A DNA stretch of 64,000 nt from Pseudonocardiaceae bacterium (GTDB lineage: Bacteria; Actinomycetota; Actinomycetes; Mycobacteriales; Pseudonocardiaceae), in the NCBI GenBank assembly GCA_035551355.1, contig DASZNF010000053.1, positions 7,129 to 71,128 on the forward strand, given 5' to 3'. How positions within the stretch are numbered: position 1 is the stretch's first letter; every line of letters begins with the position of its first letter. The notes beneath the pieces were generated by a model that saw nothing but the letters and a program-made list of their open reading frames with translations, was not told where the DNA came from and searched no databases. Made by a program: the position numbers and the translations under genes. Positions 63,750-64,000 of this stretch are shown in pieces.

Positions 63750-63846
63750 GGATGTCGCGATTCGGCTCAGCTATCGCGAATCGGCTGGGATACGGCGATT
63801 CGGCTCGGATATCGCGGTTTCGGGTCAGATGTCGGAAAACGAACCG
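63750..63846. repeat. Degenerate tandem array, about 5 units of 19-20 bp, core GATRTCGCGRWTCGGCT
   Basis: The units are ggatgtcgcgattcggctca, gctatcgcgaatcggctgg, gatacggcgattcggctc, ggatatcgcggtttcgggtca and gatgtcggaaaacgaaccg. Confidence 0.7.
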
Positions 63847-64000
63847 CCCCGGCCGGCGCCCGAGGCGAACCGGGCCGCGCCGGACAACGCGTCCGCGCCG
63901 AGAGAGACCAGGCCGTGCCGCCACTCCCCCGCCATCGCCACCGGTTCGTCCAGTCCGTCCTGTTCCAGCGCGGACAACCGGTCCTGGCGCAGACAGGTCT
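63825..64000 (-). CDS. 3' end of an unidentified gene; the 5' part lies beyond the window
   Basis: A minus-strand frame with high GC3 ends ...LEQDGLDEPVAMAGEWRHGLVSLGADALSGAARFASGAGRGGSFSDI, with its stop at 63825-63827. It is not in the ORF track because it is truncated. Confidence 0.4.
   Translation of the reverse strand, partial: TCLRQDRLSALEQDGLDEPVAMAGEWRHGLVSLGADALSGAARFASGAGRGGSFSDI

Noticed and set aside
63750-63846. The tandem array as a possible miniature CRISPR.
   Set aside because: The units are contiguous with no unique spacers, are degenerate, number only about five, and have no cas genes nearby.

Overview
High-GC actinomycete-type chromosomal segment, densely coding on both strands: about 58 protein genes, many joined by 4-nt ATGA/GTGA stop-start overlaps. 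I found no rRNA, tRNA, CRISPR array, integrase, transposase or prophage signature. The many very long out-of-frame or antisense ORFs in the track are typical GC-rich shadow ORFs.

Content falls into four groups:
1. Secreted glycoside hydrolases: GH92-like, GH78-like, GH64, GH18, GH20 and GH51-like. Several have DasR/dre-like boxes upstream.
2. An unusual density of DNA-repair genes: dinB, a LigD-Pol-like primase-polymerase coupled to a LigC-type ligase, alkB, recQ, a family-5 uracil-DNA glycosylase, and a PE-Pol LigD-like fusion without a ligase domain.
3. Catabolic and housekeeping operons: hmgA-GntR, gabT-gabD, a PPDK-like gene, SDR-VOC-QueA-like, and LMW-PTP with a fructosamine kinase.
4. 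Signalling genes: two Ser/Thr kinases, a GAF histidine kinase with a NarL-type regulator, and PadR, TetR, LysR and GntR regulators plus a STAS protein.

I do not see a convincing new multi-gene system such as a defence island. The most unusual signals are:
- A 13-bp palindrome, GTCCACARTGGAC, present at least 11 times in coding and intergenic DNA. That is far above my rough composition-based expectation, and the coding copies show a strong codon-phase bias.
- A PPDK paralog whose ATP-grasp motifs look degenerate while the phospho-His and PEP/pyruvate domains are intact.
- NHEJ/excision-repair modules split across two loci, with no Ku gene in the window.
- An in-frame deletion remnant of an ABC transporter, flanked by a TetR gene and twin TGAACnnGTTCA operators.
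- A degenerate 19-20 bp tandem array upstream of a GlcD-like gene.

All functional calls come from my recognition of motifs in the translated ORFs. No database search was run.
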